64,000 bases of DNA. Origin: Hemiscyllium ocellatum. Taxonomy: Eukaryota. Below are positions 12,591 to 23,666 of this stretch, in pieces (within the stretch, counting starts at the first letter, position 1; each line of letters starts with the position of its first letter). The stretch lies in NCBI RefSeq assembly GCF_020745735.1, contig NW_026867443.1, positions 248,001 through 312,000 on the forward strand, read 5' to 3'. The position numbers and the translations under genes were made by a program. The notes beneath the pieces were generated by a model. That model was not told the DNA's origin and did not search any database. It saw only the letters and a list, made by a program, of their open reading frames with translations.

Positions 12591-12897
12591 TAGATTACTT
12601 ACAGTGTGGAAACAGGCCCTTCGGCCCAACATGTCCACACCGACCCGCCGAAGCGCAACCCACCCATACCCCTACATTTACCTCTTACCTAACACTACGG
12701 GCAATTTAGCATGGCCAATCCACCTGACCCGCACATCTTTGGACTGTGGGAGGAAACCGGAGCACCCGGAGGAAACCCACGCAGACACGGGGAGAACGTG
12801 CAAACTCCACACAGTCAGTCACCTGAGTCGGGAAATGAACCCGGGTCTCAGGCGCTGTGAGGCAGCAGTGCTAACCACTGTGCCACCGTGCCGCCCA
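12591..12897 (-). mobile_element. HE1 SINE (V-SINE), young full-length copy
   Basis: tRNA-like head with A/B boxes, V-domain, HER1-derived tail and TAATC-type end; near-identical to 26986-27305 and 54644-54956. Confidence 0.92.
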
Positions 12898-12922
12898 CAC
12901 ACTCCCCAGTACCTCACCAGTA

Positions 12923-13256
12923 AGGGGTGACATGGTGGCTCAGTGATTAACACTGCTGCCTCACAGTGCCAAAGCCCTGGTTCAGTTCCAGACTCGGGTG
13001 ACTGTCCATGTGGAATTTGCACATTCTCCATGTGTCTGCGTGGGTTACCTCCCATAGTCTAAAGATGTGCAGATTAGGTGAATTGGCCATGCTAAATTGC
13101 CCAAGGTTCAGGCATATGTACAATAGGTTCATTATTTAGGGTTAAATGTAGAGGAACAGGATAGGAGGATGGGTTTGGATGGGTTACTCTTCAGAGGGTC
13201 TGTGTGGACTTGTTGGGCCAAATGGCCTGTTTCCATACTGTAGGAATTCCATGATT
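12923..13256 (+). mobile_element. HE1 SINE, older copy
   Basis: Same layout, more diverged, head-to-head with the previous copy. Confidence 0.85.
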
Positions 13257-14064
13257 AAACATCTAAACCCTCTCCTGATTTGACTTTCCAAAATGCAGCA
13301 TCTCACATTATTCTAACTTAAACTCCATCTGCCACTCATCGGCCCATTGTACACTGTGGTAACCCCCTTCACTGCCCACTACATCTCCAATTTGGTGTCA
13401 TCCGCAAACTTACTAACTATACCTCCTATGTTCACATCCAAATCCTTACGTCAATGACAAAAAGCAGTGGACCTAACACTGACCCTTGTGGCACACCACT
13501 GATCACAGGTCTCCAGTCTGAAAAGCAACACTCCACCATCACTCTCTGTCTTCTACCTGCAAGCCATTTATATATCCAAGTAGCTAGTTCTCCCTGTATT
13601 CCATGTGATCTAATCTTGCAAGCCAATCCACCACAAGGAAACTTGTTGAATGCCTCACTGAAGTCCATATACATCACATCCACTGCTCTGACATCATCAA
13701 TCGTCTTCGTTATTTCTTCAAAATCTCAATCAGGTTAGTGAGTCATGATTTCCCAGGTCCAAAGCCATGTTGACTATCCTGAAACAGTCCTTGTCTTTCC
13801 AAATGCATGTAAATCCTGCCCCTCAGGATTCTCTCCAACAATTTGCCCACTATTCATGTCAGGCTCACCGGTTCCTGGCTTTCCCTTACTACATTAGCTA
13901 AACTCCAGTCTTCCAGCACCTCACCTGTGACCATCGATGATATAAATATTTCAGCAAGTGGCCCAGCAATCACTTCCCCAGCTTCCCACAGAGTTCTGGG
14001 GTGCACCTGATCAGGTCCCAGTGATTTATCTACTTTTATGCATTTTAAGACATACTGCACTTCC

Positions 14065-14511
14065 AAAGTTTGTGAGAAGATTTGTAGCTCGGGTGCTCGT
14101 TGTTGTGGTTCTGTTTGCCGAGCTGGGAGTTTTTGTTGCAAACGTTTCATCCCCTTTCTAGGTGATATCCTCAGTGCTTGGGAGCCTCCTGTGAAGCGCT
14201 TCTGTGCTGATTCCTCCGGCATTTATAATGGTTTGTCTCTGCCGCTTCCGGTTGTCAGTTGCTGTCCGCTGCAGTGACCGGTATATAGGGTCTACGTCTA
14301 TCAACAGACACATCGACCTAGACCCTATATACCGGCCACTGCAGCGGACAACAATGATGACCGGAAACGGCAGAGACAAACCATTATAAATGCCGGAGGA
14401 ATCAGCACAGAAGCGCTTCACAGGAGGCTCCCAAGCACTGAGGATGTCACCTAGAAAGGGGACGAAACGTTTGCAACAAAAACTCCCAGCTCGGCGAACA
14501 GAACCACAACA
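14065..14511. mobile_element. Penelope-like fold-back insertion (~198-bp arms, 16-nt loop)
   Basis: 14101-14298 pairs with 14315-14511. Same family as 21838-22940. Flanked by catactgcacttcc / catacctcacttcc. Confidence 0.9.
14438..14471 (+). ncRNA. Minimal type-I hammerhead motif (mirror copy on minus, 14141-14174)
   Basis: gca-CTGAGGA-t-GTCaCCT agaa AGGgGAC-GAAA-CGTT-tgc, with 3-bp stem I gca/tgc. Confidence 0.65.
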
Positions 14512-14799
14512 TACCTCACTTCCTCCTCTGTAATATGACATTTTTCAAGATGTCACCATCTATTTCCCCAAATTCTCTGTCTGCTGTGTCTTTCTCCACA
14601 GTAAACACTGACGCAAAGTATTTGCCCAATCTCCTGCAGTTCTACACAATGGCTGCCTTGCTGATCGTTGAGGGACCCTATTCTGTTAATTATTACTCTT
14701 TTGTCCTTAGTGCATTTATAAACTCCCTTTTGATTCTCCTTAGCCCAATTAAGCAAAGCTATCTCATGTTACCTTTTTGCCATCCTGATTTCCCTCTTA

Positions 14800-16537
14800 A
14801 AGAGGAGGAGTTAGCAATTCTGGAAAGCGTGAAAATATTTAAGTTCCCTAGGCCGGATGGGATTTATCCAAGGATTCTCTGGGAAGCCAGGGAGGAGATT
14901 TCCGAAGCATTGGCTTTGATCTTTTGACAGGAACAGTGCCAGAATACTGGAGGATAGCAAATGTAGTCCCCTTGTCCATGAAGGGGAGTAGAGACAACCC
15001 TAGTAATTATAGACCAGTGAGCCTTACTTCGGTTGTGGGTAAAGTGTTGCAAAAGGTTAGAAGAGATAGAATTTATAATCATCTAGAAAGGAATAAGTTG
15101 ATTAGGGATAGTCAACATGGTAGCTCCGGCCTCACAAACCTTATTGAGTTTGTTGAGAAGGTGACCAATCAGGTACATGAGGGTAAAGTGGTTGATGTGA
15201 TGGATATGCACTTCAGTAAGGCATTGGATAAGGTTCTCCACAAAATACCAAGGCATGGGATTAAGGGTAATTTATTGGTTTGGATCAGAAGTTGGCTAGC
15301 TGAAAGAAGACAGAGCGTGGTTGTTGATGGATAATGTTCATCCTGGAGTTCAGTTACCAGCGGTGTACTGCAAGCAACTCTTTTGGGGTCACTGCTGTTT
15401 GCCATTTTTATAAATGACCTGAATGAGGGCATCGAAAGATGGGTTAGTAAATTTGCGGATGACACTGAGGTTTGTGGACTTGTGGATAGTGTTGAAGGAT
15501 ATCACAGGTTACACAGGGACACGGATAAGCTGCAGACCTGGGCTGAGAGGTAGCAAATGCAGATTTTAATGCAGAACAGGAAGAGGTGATTCACTTTGGA
15601 AGGAGCAACAGGAATAAAGAGCACTGGGCTAATGGTAAGATTCTTAGTCGTGTAGATGAGCAGAGAGATCTTGGTATTCATGTACATAGATTCTTGAAAG
15701 TTTGATAGGAGAAAGTGAGGACTGCAGATGCTGGAGATCAGAGCTGAAAATGTGTTGCTGGAAAAGCGAAGCAGGTCAAGCAGCATCCAAGGAGCAGGAG
15801 AATCGGCGTATCAGGCATGAGCCCGTCTTCATTCCTGAAACGTTGATTCGCCTGCTCCTTGGATGCTGCCTGACCTGCTGTGCTTTTCCAGCAACGCATT
15901 TTCAGCCCAGTTTGATAGGGTGGTTAAGAAGGCTTATGGTGGGTCAATTTTTATTGGTAGAGAGATGGGTTTAGGAGTCATGAGGTCATGCTGCAGCTGT
16001 ACAAAACTCTGGTTTGGCCGCAATTGGAGTATTGCATACAGTTGTGGTCACCGCATTAAAAAAAGGATGTGGAAACTTAAGGGTTCAAAGGAAGTATACT
16101 AGGATGTTGCCTGGCATGGAGGGAAGGCCTTATGAGGGAAGTATGAGGGACTTGTGGCTGTTTTCTTTCGAGAGAAGAAGGTTGAGAGTTGTCTTAATTG
16201 AGACATACTAAGATAAACACAAGGTTAGATAGGGTGGATAGTGAGAGCATTTTTCGTCAGATGCTGAGAGGACATAGGTTTAAATTGAGGGGTGATAGAT
16301 ATAGGAGTGATGTCAGAAGTAGTTATTTACTCAGAGACTAGTAGGGGCATGGAATGCACAGCCCGCAACAGTAGCAGACTCGCCAACACTAAGGGCATTT
16401 AAATGGTCACGGGATAAACATATGGGTGAAAACGGAATAGTGTAGGATAGATGGGCTTCAGAATGGTTCCACAGGTCGGTGCAACATCGAGGATTAAAGG
16501 GCCTGGATTGCGCTGTCATGGTCTATGTTCTGTGTTC
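14800..16537 (+). mobile_element. CR1/HER1 LINE RT to 3' end, interrupted at 15710-15908
   Basis: ORF 14924-15334 (WRIANVVPL...NYRPVSLTSVVGKVL...HFSKALDKV), later FADDT motif and 3' tail. Confidence 0.9.
15710..15908. mobile_element. Penelope pLTR fold-back (73-bp arms)
   Basis: 15743-15815 pairs with 15834-15906; direct repeat agtttgatagg at 15699-15709 and 15909-15919. Confidence 0.85.
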
Positions 16538-18494
16538 CAGATATGACATTGCTCACCACCGCCCTCTCCAGGACCATTAGGGAAGGACAACAAATAGCAG
16601 ACAAATCGAAGCTTGCCCCATCCCAGGAGAAATCAAAATAAATGACGTACAATTCAAATGATTAAACTGATGAGGCTTGAACTCATCTCTTTGAAAGACT
16701 GGAGCCTCGGCCATGACATGGGTGAACCTGCATTTTTAAATTGCAAGGTGGAGTCCCCTACGGATCAGGCACAAAATGAATTACACAAAGACCGAACAAA
16801 CGGCTACCAAAGTGTGTCACCAAACTGCAACAAACAGCAATTTGTCAGGAAGAACTCAAGAGAAAGCCATTAGTGGGTGTAAGAGGGTAAGACAGACAAG
16901 TGTCAGATGTCATTGAATGCACCATAAATACACTAAAGCTGTTGGGATAGAGCAGGGCAATGGGATTAATTGAATTTTTCTAATGAGAGCTTTCCTGGTT
17001 GTAATGACTCAGAACGTTAAAGGATGAAGTGTAACTCATATTGTAAACAATGTACTGCAGTGGGCAAGAAAGGATGTTGAGCAACATAAATGCTTAAAAT
17101 TGGGAAAGAAAGTAGTATAAAAGAAATGGGAAAGGCCAATGGGACTTTGGAATGAATATTGAGAGTGAGGAGATGGAGGGGAGAGTGGCCAGGACAGCTG
17201 TACTGAAGAATGGTTAGGTCACATCTGGAATATGGCGGATAGTTATGGGCTTCTTTGAGGGGCATTGCAGAATGGGGCAGGGATAGGGGATCTAGGTTAC
17301 AAGGAAATGCCATAACAGGATCTCGAGGAGAGAGGGAGGGTATTCTGATAACAAAATTTCTTTATGAAATCAACACAGTAAATGTAGATTTACTGTCAAT
17401 ACCGACAAACAAAAAGGCAAAATGACACATTCTCCGGTCATTCACCAAGTACAGGAAGGAGATCAGGAAAACTATTTTGATGCAGCGATTGGAATTTAGT
17501 AAGTTCTGGTAAACTGGGTCCTCCATTCAAAATGGGACAGAATTACTCCTTGGAATTTGAACTGGTCTGAAGCAAAAGAGCAAATTATGACCAAATGGTC
17601 ATTTGAGAATATTGAACTGGCCTGAAAATGTCCGGTTTTTAGCAGCTTTTCACTTTGCCCTCATCAGGACGGTTGTAAAAGTACCAATCAAAGGAGAAAA
17701 ACATGACATTTATATTGCAAGTGAGGAAAGTGCTGACAGACTGAGGTGTTGTCACTATGAACACGCCAGTTTAAATATTGTTTCCCTTTGCTGTGACATT
17801 TCTTGTAAATTGTCCTGATGTATGCAGGACAAAAAGCTTCAACATAATGTTTTGTTTTTTGCAACATTCAAATGAGGATCAGTTTGGAGAGAAAGAATGA
17901 AGATGGAAATGAACATGAAAATTGGTCTAAATTCAGCAGAGACCAGGATAGCTTCAGCTTGAACTTAATACAGGAATTACCAGGTGAAATTTAATCTCTG
18001 GAATGATTGAACCACCTTCCACCAGTTTGATTGTTTGAATTGTCCATCAGTTATTTTGATTACTCCTGGGATGGGGAGGACATTGATATGTCTGCTGTTT
18101 ATTGCCCTTCCCTAACTATCCTGGAGAGGGCGATGGTTAGCTCTCTCCTGAAGGCACTATCTCTACCTGGGAAACGTCTCTAGCCTCCCCAGATGGTCTC
18201 ATTCCTCCAAGTGTGGGCTGGGATGGGGAAGCAAGGCAGGCTATTTGACCGGGAAGTGTCAGCCTGTTCTCAGTGGGGAGCACTCTCCCCTCAGACTCAC
18301 AATGTTGCAGACTGGGTGGATGAGCCATTGGGAAATGCAGGGTTACAGGCATAGTGTCATGGTTTGGATCTAGGTGGGATGCTCCTTGGAGGACTGGTGT
18401 GAACTTATTGGGGTAAATGGCCTGCTTCGATATGGTAGAGATTCCATCTTTACATGATTCTATCACTGAAGAAACTTATCCAGGCTGAGAGTGC

Positions 18495-19055
18495 AGTGCA
18501 GCACTGAGGAATGCAGCACTGTCAGAGAGCCAGTACTGAGGGAGTGCTGCACTGTCAGAGGGTCAGTATTGAGGGAGTACTGCACTAATGTTGGGTCAGT
18601 ACTGAGGCAGTGCTGCACTGTCAGAGAGTGAGTACTGAGGGAGTGTTGCACTGTCAGAGGGCCAGTACTGAGGGACTGCCACACTGTCAGAGGGTCAGTA
18701 CTGAGGGAGTATTGCACTGTTACAGAGTGAGTACTGAGGGAGTGCTGCACTGTCAGAGGGTGAGTACTGGGGGAGTGCTGCACTGCCAGAGGGTTCGTAC
18801 TGAGGGAATGCCACACTGTCTGAATGTCAATACTGTGGGAGTGCCATCCTGTCAGATAGTTCATGCTGAGGGAATGCTGCACTGCTGTTGTGTCAATACT
18901 GAGGGAGTGCAACACTGTCAGAGGTTCAGTGCTCAGAGACTATCTTTCAGATGGGTTGTTCTGATGTCTGCCCTCTCACGGGACAGTAGAAGATGCCATG
19001 ACACTATGAGAAGAGCAGAGCAGATCCCCAGGGTGTCCTGGTCAATATTTTAAAA
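18495..19055 (+). repeat. 33-bp tandem repeat (~13 units) fused to a SacSINE1/Deu-SINE-like body
   Basis: Unit ~ctgagggagtgctgcactgtcagagggtcagta, followed by tctttcagatg...ctgccctctca...gtgtcctggtcaatattt. Confidence 0.8.
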
Positions 19056-19391
19056 ATATATCTTTTAAAAAATATCTGGATGAGCTCCTGAAATATCCGA
19101 ACATTCAATGCTTTGGGCCCAGTTCTGGAAAGTGGATGGAGAGTAGATTTAGTTATGCCTTGGTGGTACAGACATGATCAGATGAGGGACCTCTTCTACA
19201 CTGTATGATTCTCTGATTCTGTGAAACCTCTGACTGATGACCACGTACTGTCCTCCCTCGGCTGATGAGTCAGTCTCTCCTCCATGTTGAACAGCACTTG
19301 GAGGAAGCTCTCTGAGGGTGGTGAGGGCACAGCATGTACTCTGGGTGGGGGACTTCAATGTCCACATTCAAAAAGGAATTTAAAAAACATC

Positions 19392-20176
19392 GGGTTTGTT
19401 GGGTATTGGATACAAATGTTCAAAATGATACTTTTGCCAGTCCAATGCTCATTTCTCTTGTGCCCTCACCCATGTGGCCCTGTCCTCTCCCCTCAGCAAG
19501 AGCATCAGGAGATCAAAATGTGTGTAGAGTGTGTGAGACAGTCCATAGAGGTGACACAACTTTAAATAGAACAGGGCTGAGCTGGCAGGACAAAGGTCAT
19601 TGTCAGCACTGAATTTCAACTCTCTTTCTTCTTGAGACTGGCCTCTGGGAGACTCTGAGGTTCAGGGGTTATGGCAGGTTACTGTGACACTGTTGAGAAT
19701 CTAGTGCTGTCCTTGTCCTGGGAGTATTGACGAGGACAGTGTGGAGACAGCTTTATTCTGTTTCTTTTCTTGTCCCTGTCCTGGGTGTCTTTGGTGGGAA
19801 CAGTATGGAAAGAGCTTTACTCTGTATCTAAGAATATTCTGTTCCTGTCCAGGAGACTTAACCTTTCAAAGATATTGAAAACTGTCAGCTGTAGAAAAAC
19901 AATGTGAACCTCAGAAGTCTCTGCTTCAGCAAACCAGATCTTCCAGCTCAGCCACCAGTTCCACCTTAAGTTTTTGTCACTGTTTAAAGGGACAGGATTC
20001 TCAGGTTCTTGAGAAAATCTCCACAAGTGTTTTCCTCAAGCTCCATTGTGGCTGTGAATTTGTGCAGCTTCCTCTGTCTGGGCTGTTAATTGCTGACTGT
20101 TTTCTGTCAATGTTAATCTGGAAATGGGAATAAAGATGAAGAAGATTCACTCTCTGTCTCGTGTGCGCTTTGGAAA
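19392..20176 (+). pseudogene. IGKC: Orphan truncated C-kappa relic (intron end, last 28 codons, 3' UTR, polyA)
   Basis: 19441-19527 encodes SNAHFSCALTHVALSSPLSKSIRRSKCV*. 19528-20176 aligns with the reverse complement of 31630-31062, and 19395-19441 aligns with J-C intron 32085-32025. Confidence 0.92.
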
Positions 20177-20630
20177 TGGCCCGAGCTGAAGCCTAAGGGA
20201 AAGGGTGTGTGAAGTGTTAACCTTCACCCTCAAGGCATGGAACACGAGGGGGAGAATAGAGAGGGCAATGGGGTCCTGGGAGCAGGAGGGCAATACTACA
20301 GTTAGGGACAGAAGGGGTACTTTCAGCAGGAATGCAGGTCTCTGAGAAAGTCTTCCCCAATAAATGGGGAAAAGACAAAAGGTATGTTGGCTTCGGAAAG
20401 ATTGAAGAATAATGCTGAGAGTAAGCTGAACTCAGAGTGTAGATGGGAAAGGTCCAACCCAGAGTGGGGAGGGTACATTTCACTCCATAACCCTCCATCC
20501 ACAATGGTGGTGCTCTGAAGGGGCAGTACCCATCCTGAATACCTGTGCCTGATGGTGTACGGTGAATGGAGAAGAGCCTGTGCCCATACGTGTGTGGGTG
20601 GGGAACAGGGAACATATTGAGTTTTTTATA

Positions 20631-20633
<3 letters not shown>

Positions 20634-20677
<44 letters not shown>
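20634..20677. repeat. (AT)n(AC)n microsatellite
   Basis: Direct inspection. Confidence 0.95.
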
Positions 20678-20699
20678 TCATACATCTCACACACAGATG

Positions 20700-21240
20700 C
20701 ATCCATCAAAACCACTGGGATCAGCCCCCTCCAGTGGAGAGCGAACTGAAGGGGTTCACGGGGGGATTCTGTGATGGGAGGGTTATCAAAACCCTGGAGT
20801 GTAAGGGTGGGCTCTCTGCCAGTCTATCCGAACATAATAGAGTGAGCTCACTCAGGGAGTGTTCAGAGAAGATTGGCTCATTGCTGATGGAGTGGCAGTG
20901 GGTCTTTACCCAGTTGGTCATTTCGTATGTGCCCTGGTCCATATTGGGGCAGGGAGGACTGAGGACCAGGACAAGTTCACCTTTACATTTAAAGACCAAT
21001 AATATTGGTGGATCTGTCTGCCCCAAGGGCTCCCCAATAGTCCCTCCGTCTTCCAGCAGAGTACAGCACAGGGGTGTGAGAGTTCAGGTCAGCTCCCCCA
21101 AACAGTTTGGACAGTGTGTGGCTGACTTGCTGCTGTTTGTGGGAACTGAGGAGGAGGACTTGTCCAGGAGTTGCTCGGAGGGATCCAGATGTTGATCCCT
21201 TCCCTGGAACAGCAGGTGAAAAGCTGCTGCATTGCTCGGG
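20700..21240 (-). mobile_element. Possible L1/Tx1 endonuclease-domain relic
   Basis: Frame reads ...CLGELT*TL...NWVKTHCHSISNEPIFSEHSLSELTL, resembling the GGDFN and PIFFSDH motifs; highly degenerate. Confidence 0.35.
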
Positions 21241-21837
21241 CTCCTTGATGCCACACACCATCAAAGAGGCCTTGATGTCAAGTGCTGTCACTCTGCCCTC
21301 ACCTCACTCGCATGATCAGGGAGAACTCAGTCCACTGACTCACATTTATCGGAATGAATTCCACTTGTTACTGATCAGCCCATCTGACCCTCCCAGCCCG
21401 TCTATATCCTCATGTCGTCTTGTACTGCTTTGGGACTCTCCCATTCGGGAAGGTCAATAAATGGAAAGCACTAAAACTTTAATTCAGATACTGAAGACAA
21501 TTACTGGATTAATAGAGGGATGGCTACCTTCCATTTGTAAGTGGGATCTACATTTCTTAATTAAATTAAAGTGACTCAGATTAAATACATCTGTAGTGAA
21601 TGTATAAATCTACAGCAACTCCCACACAGGGTGTTTCGATTGGAGGCTGAGTTGAAATAATTGGTGATACATCAGGGAGGTGCAGAGATACCTGGAGATC
21701 TTGTTCCTGAAGGATGCTATAATCCTCAGGACCAGACAGTCCAATTCCACGTGTGATAATGGGCAGGAGGGTATGACAATGAGGAGGGCAGGTAAGGATT
21801 TGGAGAGCACTGTAGGACAGGAAAACCCCTCACTCTT

Positions 21838-22940
21838 GCTGTAGTTGTGGGTATGCTCACCGAGCTGGGAAGTTGATTTGTAGACATTTTGTCCCCTGTC
21901 TCAGTGACACCTTCAGAGCTTTGGAGCTTCCTGTGAAGCGCTGTTGTGCTGTGTCTTCTGGAATTTATTTGGTTCCATCCCTGCTGTTTCCGGTTGCTGG
22001 TTTGGGAATGTTCATTTCAGTGGTCGGTATACTGGGTCTAGGTCAATGTGTTTACTGATGAAGCCCATGGCTCCAGAAAATCTCTGGCTGCCCTCTGTTG
22101 AGCTTGTCCTATGATCATAGTGTTGTCCCAATCGAATTTGTGGTCCTTGCCATCTGTGTGTATAACTACCAGGGACAGCTGCTCATGGGGTTTAGTGGCT
22201 CGTTGGTGTTCATGGATGTGGATGGCTAGTTGTCTGGCTGTGTGTTTCATGCAGGCTTTGCATGGAATCTTGTAAACTACATTTGTCTTTCACATGATTG
22301 GTTTTGGGTCTTTTGTTCTCACGCGTTGTTGTCTGAGCGTGGCTGGCAGATTCTGGACAGTTTATGAGTGATTAGATTCCCTACAGTATGGAAACAGAGC
22401 CTCCAGCCCAACAAGTCCACACCGACCCTCCAAAGATAACCCACCCAGACCCAGTCCCCTAACCAATACTGACCTCAACTAATGCACCTAGCACTAGGGG
22501 CAATTTAGCATGGCCAATTCACCTGACCTGTACACAGACAGTTGCCCGATGTGGGAATTGAAATTGGAACCCTGCCACTGTGAGGCAACAGTGTTAACCA
22601 CTGACGCACTGCTCCATGGTTGGTCAAGTCTGGCTGTCAGTTCTGTGGCGTTTGTTTATATACGGTAGCGTGGCTAGGAGTTAGGTTGTCGCACGTCCTC
22701 ATCGTGTTGTTTGTCTGTTAGATATCTGTGGATGAAGTTGCAGGAAAATCCGTTCTTGGTGAAGACTTTGTAGAAGTGTTCTTCTCTTCGCAGGTCGGGA
22801 GTGCTGCAGTGTGTTGTAGCCCTATTGAACAGGGGCCTAATGCAGCTTCTCCTGTGTGTGTTTGGTTGGTTGCTGTTGTAGTTCAGGGTCTGGCTTTTCT
22901 GTCCACTTTTGTTATACATTCACCATTCTGTGATGGATGA
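21838..22940 (-). mobile_element. Penelope-like element (RT end, GIY-YIG, pLTR) with HE1 inserted
   Basis: RATTHCSTPDLRREEHFYKVFTKNG and QLAIHIHEHQRATK..H.FDWDNT.I...R.FLEPW. Confidence 0.8.
22375..22612 (-). mobile_element. HE1 SINE, older copy
   Basis: Tail gattagattccctacagtatggaaac and V-domain gggcaatttagcatggccaattcacct. Confidence 0.8.
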
Positions 22941-23289
22941 GAATGTGGCTTTGGAAGCAAAATCACAACAGCCATGGTCCTATTGTTTGTTTGAGAAGTC
23001 TTGAAGGATTGAATGACATAATTCAGCCTCTAATTTGTAAGTTCAAAACAATTGAATGGTCCTTTCTCTGTACCCACTCATACACACTCTCTGTGTGAAA
23101 GATTTCTTCAATGCTTCACCTTTCCTCATTCGTGTCTTAACCCTGAGCTCTCATTGTTGCTGGGAAATTTGAGAAGCTGGTATATTCACTTGCTCATTCA
23201 TTCCCTCCTCAGCCTCTCTTTATCTCCTAAAACTCCACTCAACACCAATCTGCTGGGTCAGGAGCAAGGCTCTCAGCTCAGTGGATAAA

Positions 23290-23666
23290 GGAACCTTTTC
23301 TAGCACCAAGCTGGTGACAGTCAGCCGGAGAATAATGTTCTATTGCACATGCCTTCTTCAAAAACCAAGGTGTTCAGCCATTCTGCACATCCACGTTCAC
23401 TCCTGAAGGGATCAGGCAGAGAGGAAGAGTCAGTGCAGCCATTGTGCAGCATCCAGTGTCGAGTTGTCCCATTTCCAATCCCACTGCAATGTCATAGTCT
23501 GCCCTGACATCAAGCAGATGCTCCCATCACAAGAGGCTCATGGCCCTGAGGATTGTGAGAGTAAGCCCTGTCCATTCAGCTCAATCATCAAACTTCAGCC
23601 TTCCTGATGTGGTGGCAGCCAGGAGAACCCTGCCCATAGGAGATTCCACACACACTCCCTCCCTCC
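23290..23666 (-). pseudogene. Frameshifted ankyrin-repeat exon relic
   Basis: Acceptor-like ttttccctgcAG at 23668-23667. Overlapping frames give EHLLDVRADYDIA / GNGTTRHWMLHNGCTD / LCLIPSGVNVDVQNG*TPW, resembling LL..GAD.N...G.TPLH.A..NG ankyrin repeats, with stops and frameshifts. Confidence 0.5.

Larger units (their letters stand above)
13258..14790 (-). mobile_element. CR1 LINE RT fragment interrupted at 14065-14509
   Basis: MDVMYMDFSEAFNKFP...GVPQGSVLGPLLFVI (ORF 13432-13683) and KVDKSLGPD. Confidence 0.9.

Noticed and set aside
17394-17411. 15/18 match to the start of the J-C intron (ctgtcaatac...)
   Set aside because: Too short, and the flanks do not extend.
18463-19053. ORFs with repeated HC motifs (zinc-finger-like) or a CRISPR-like array
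   Set aside because: A 33-bp head-to-tail tandem repeat without unique spacers; open frames arise from the 3n unit length.
1-19390. V, J or leader belonging to the orphan C or the duplicated flank
   Set aside because: No YYC, FGxG-donor or leader motif found on either strand by inspection; a highly decayed copy could be missed.
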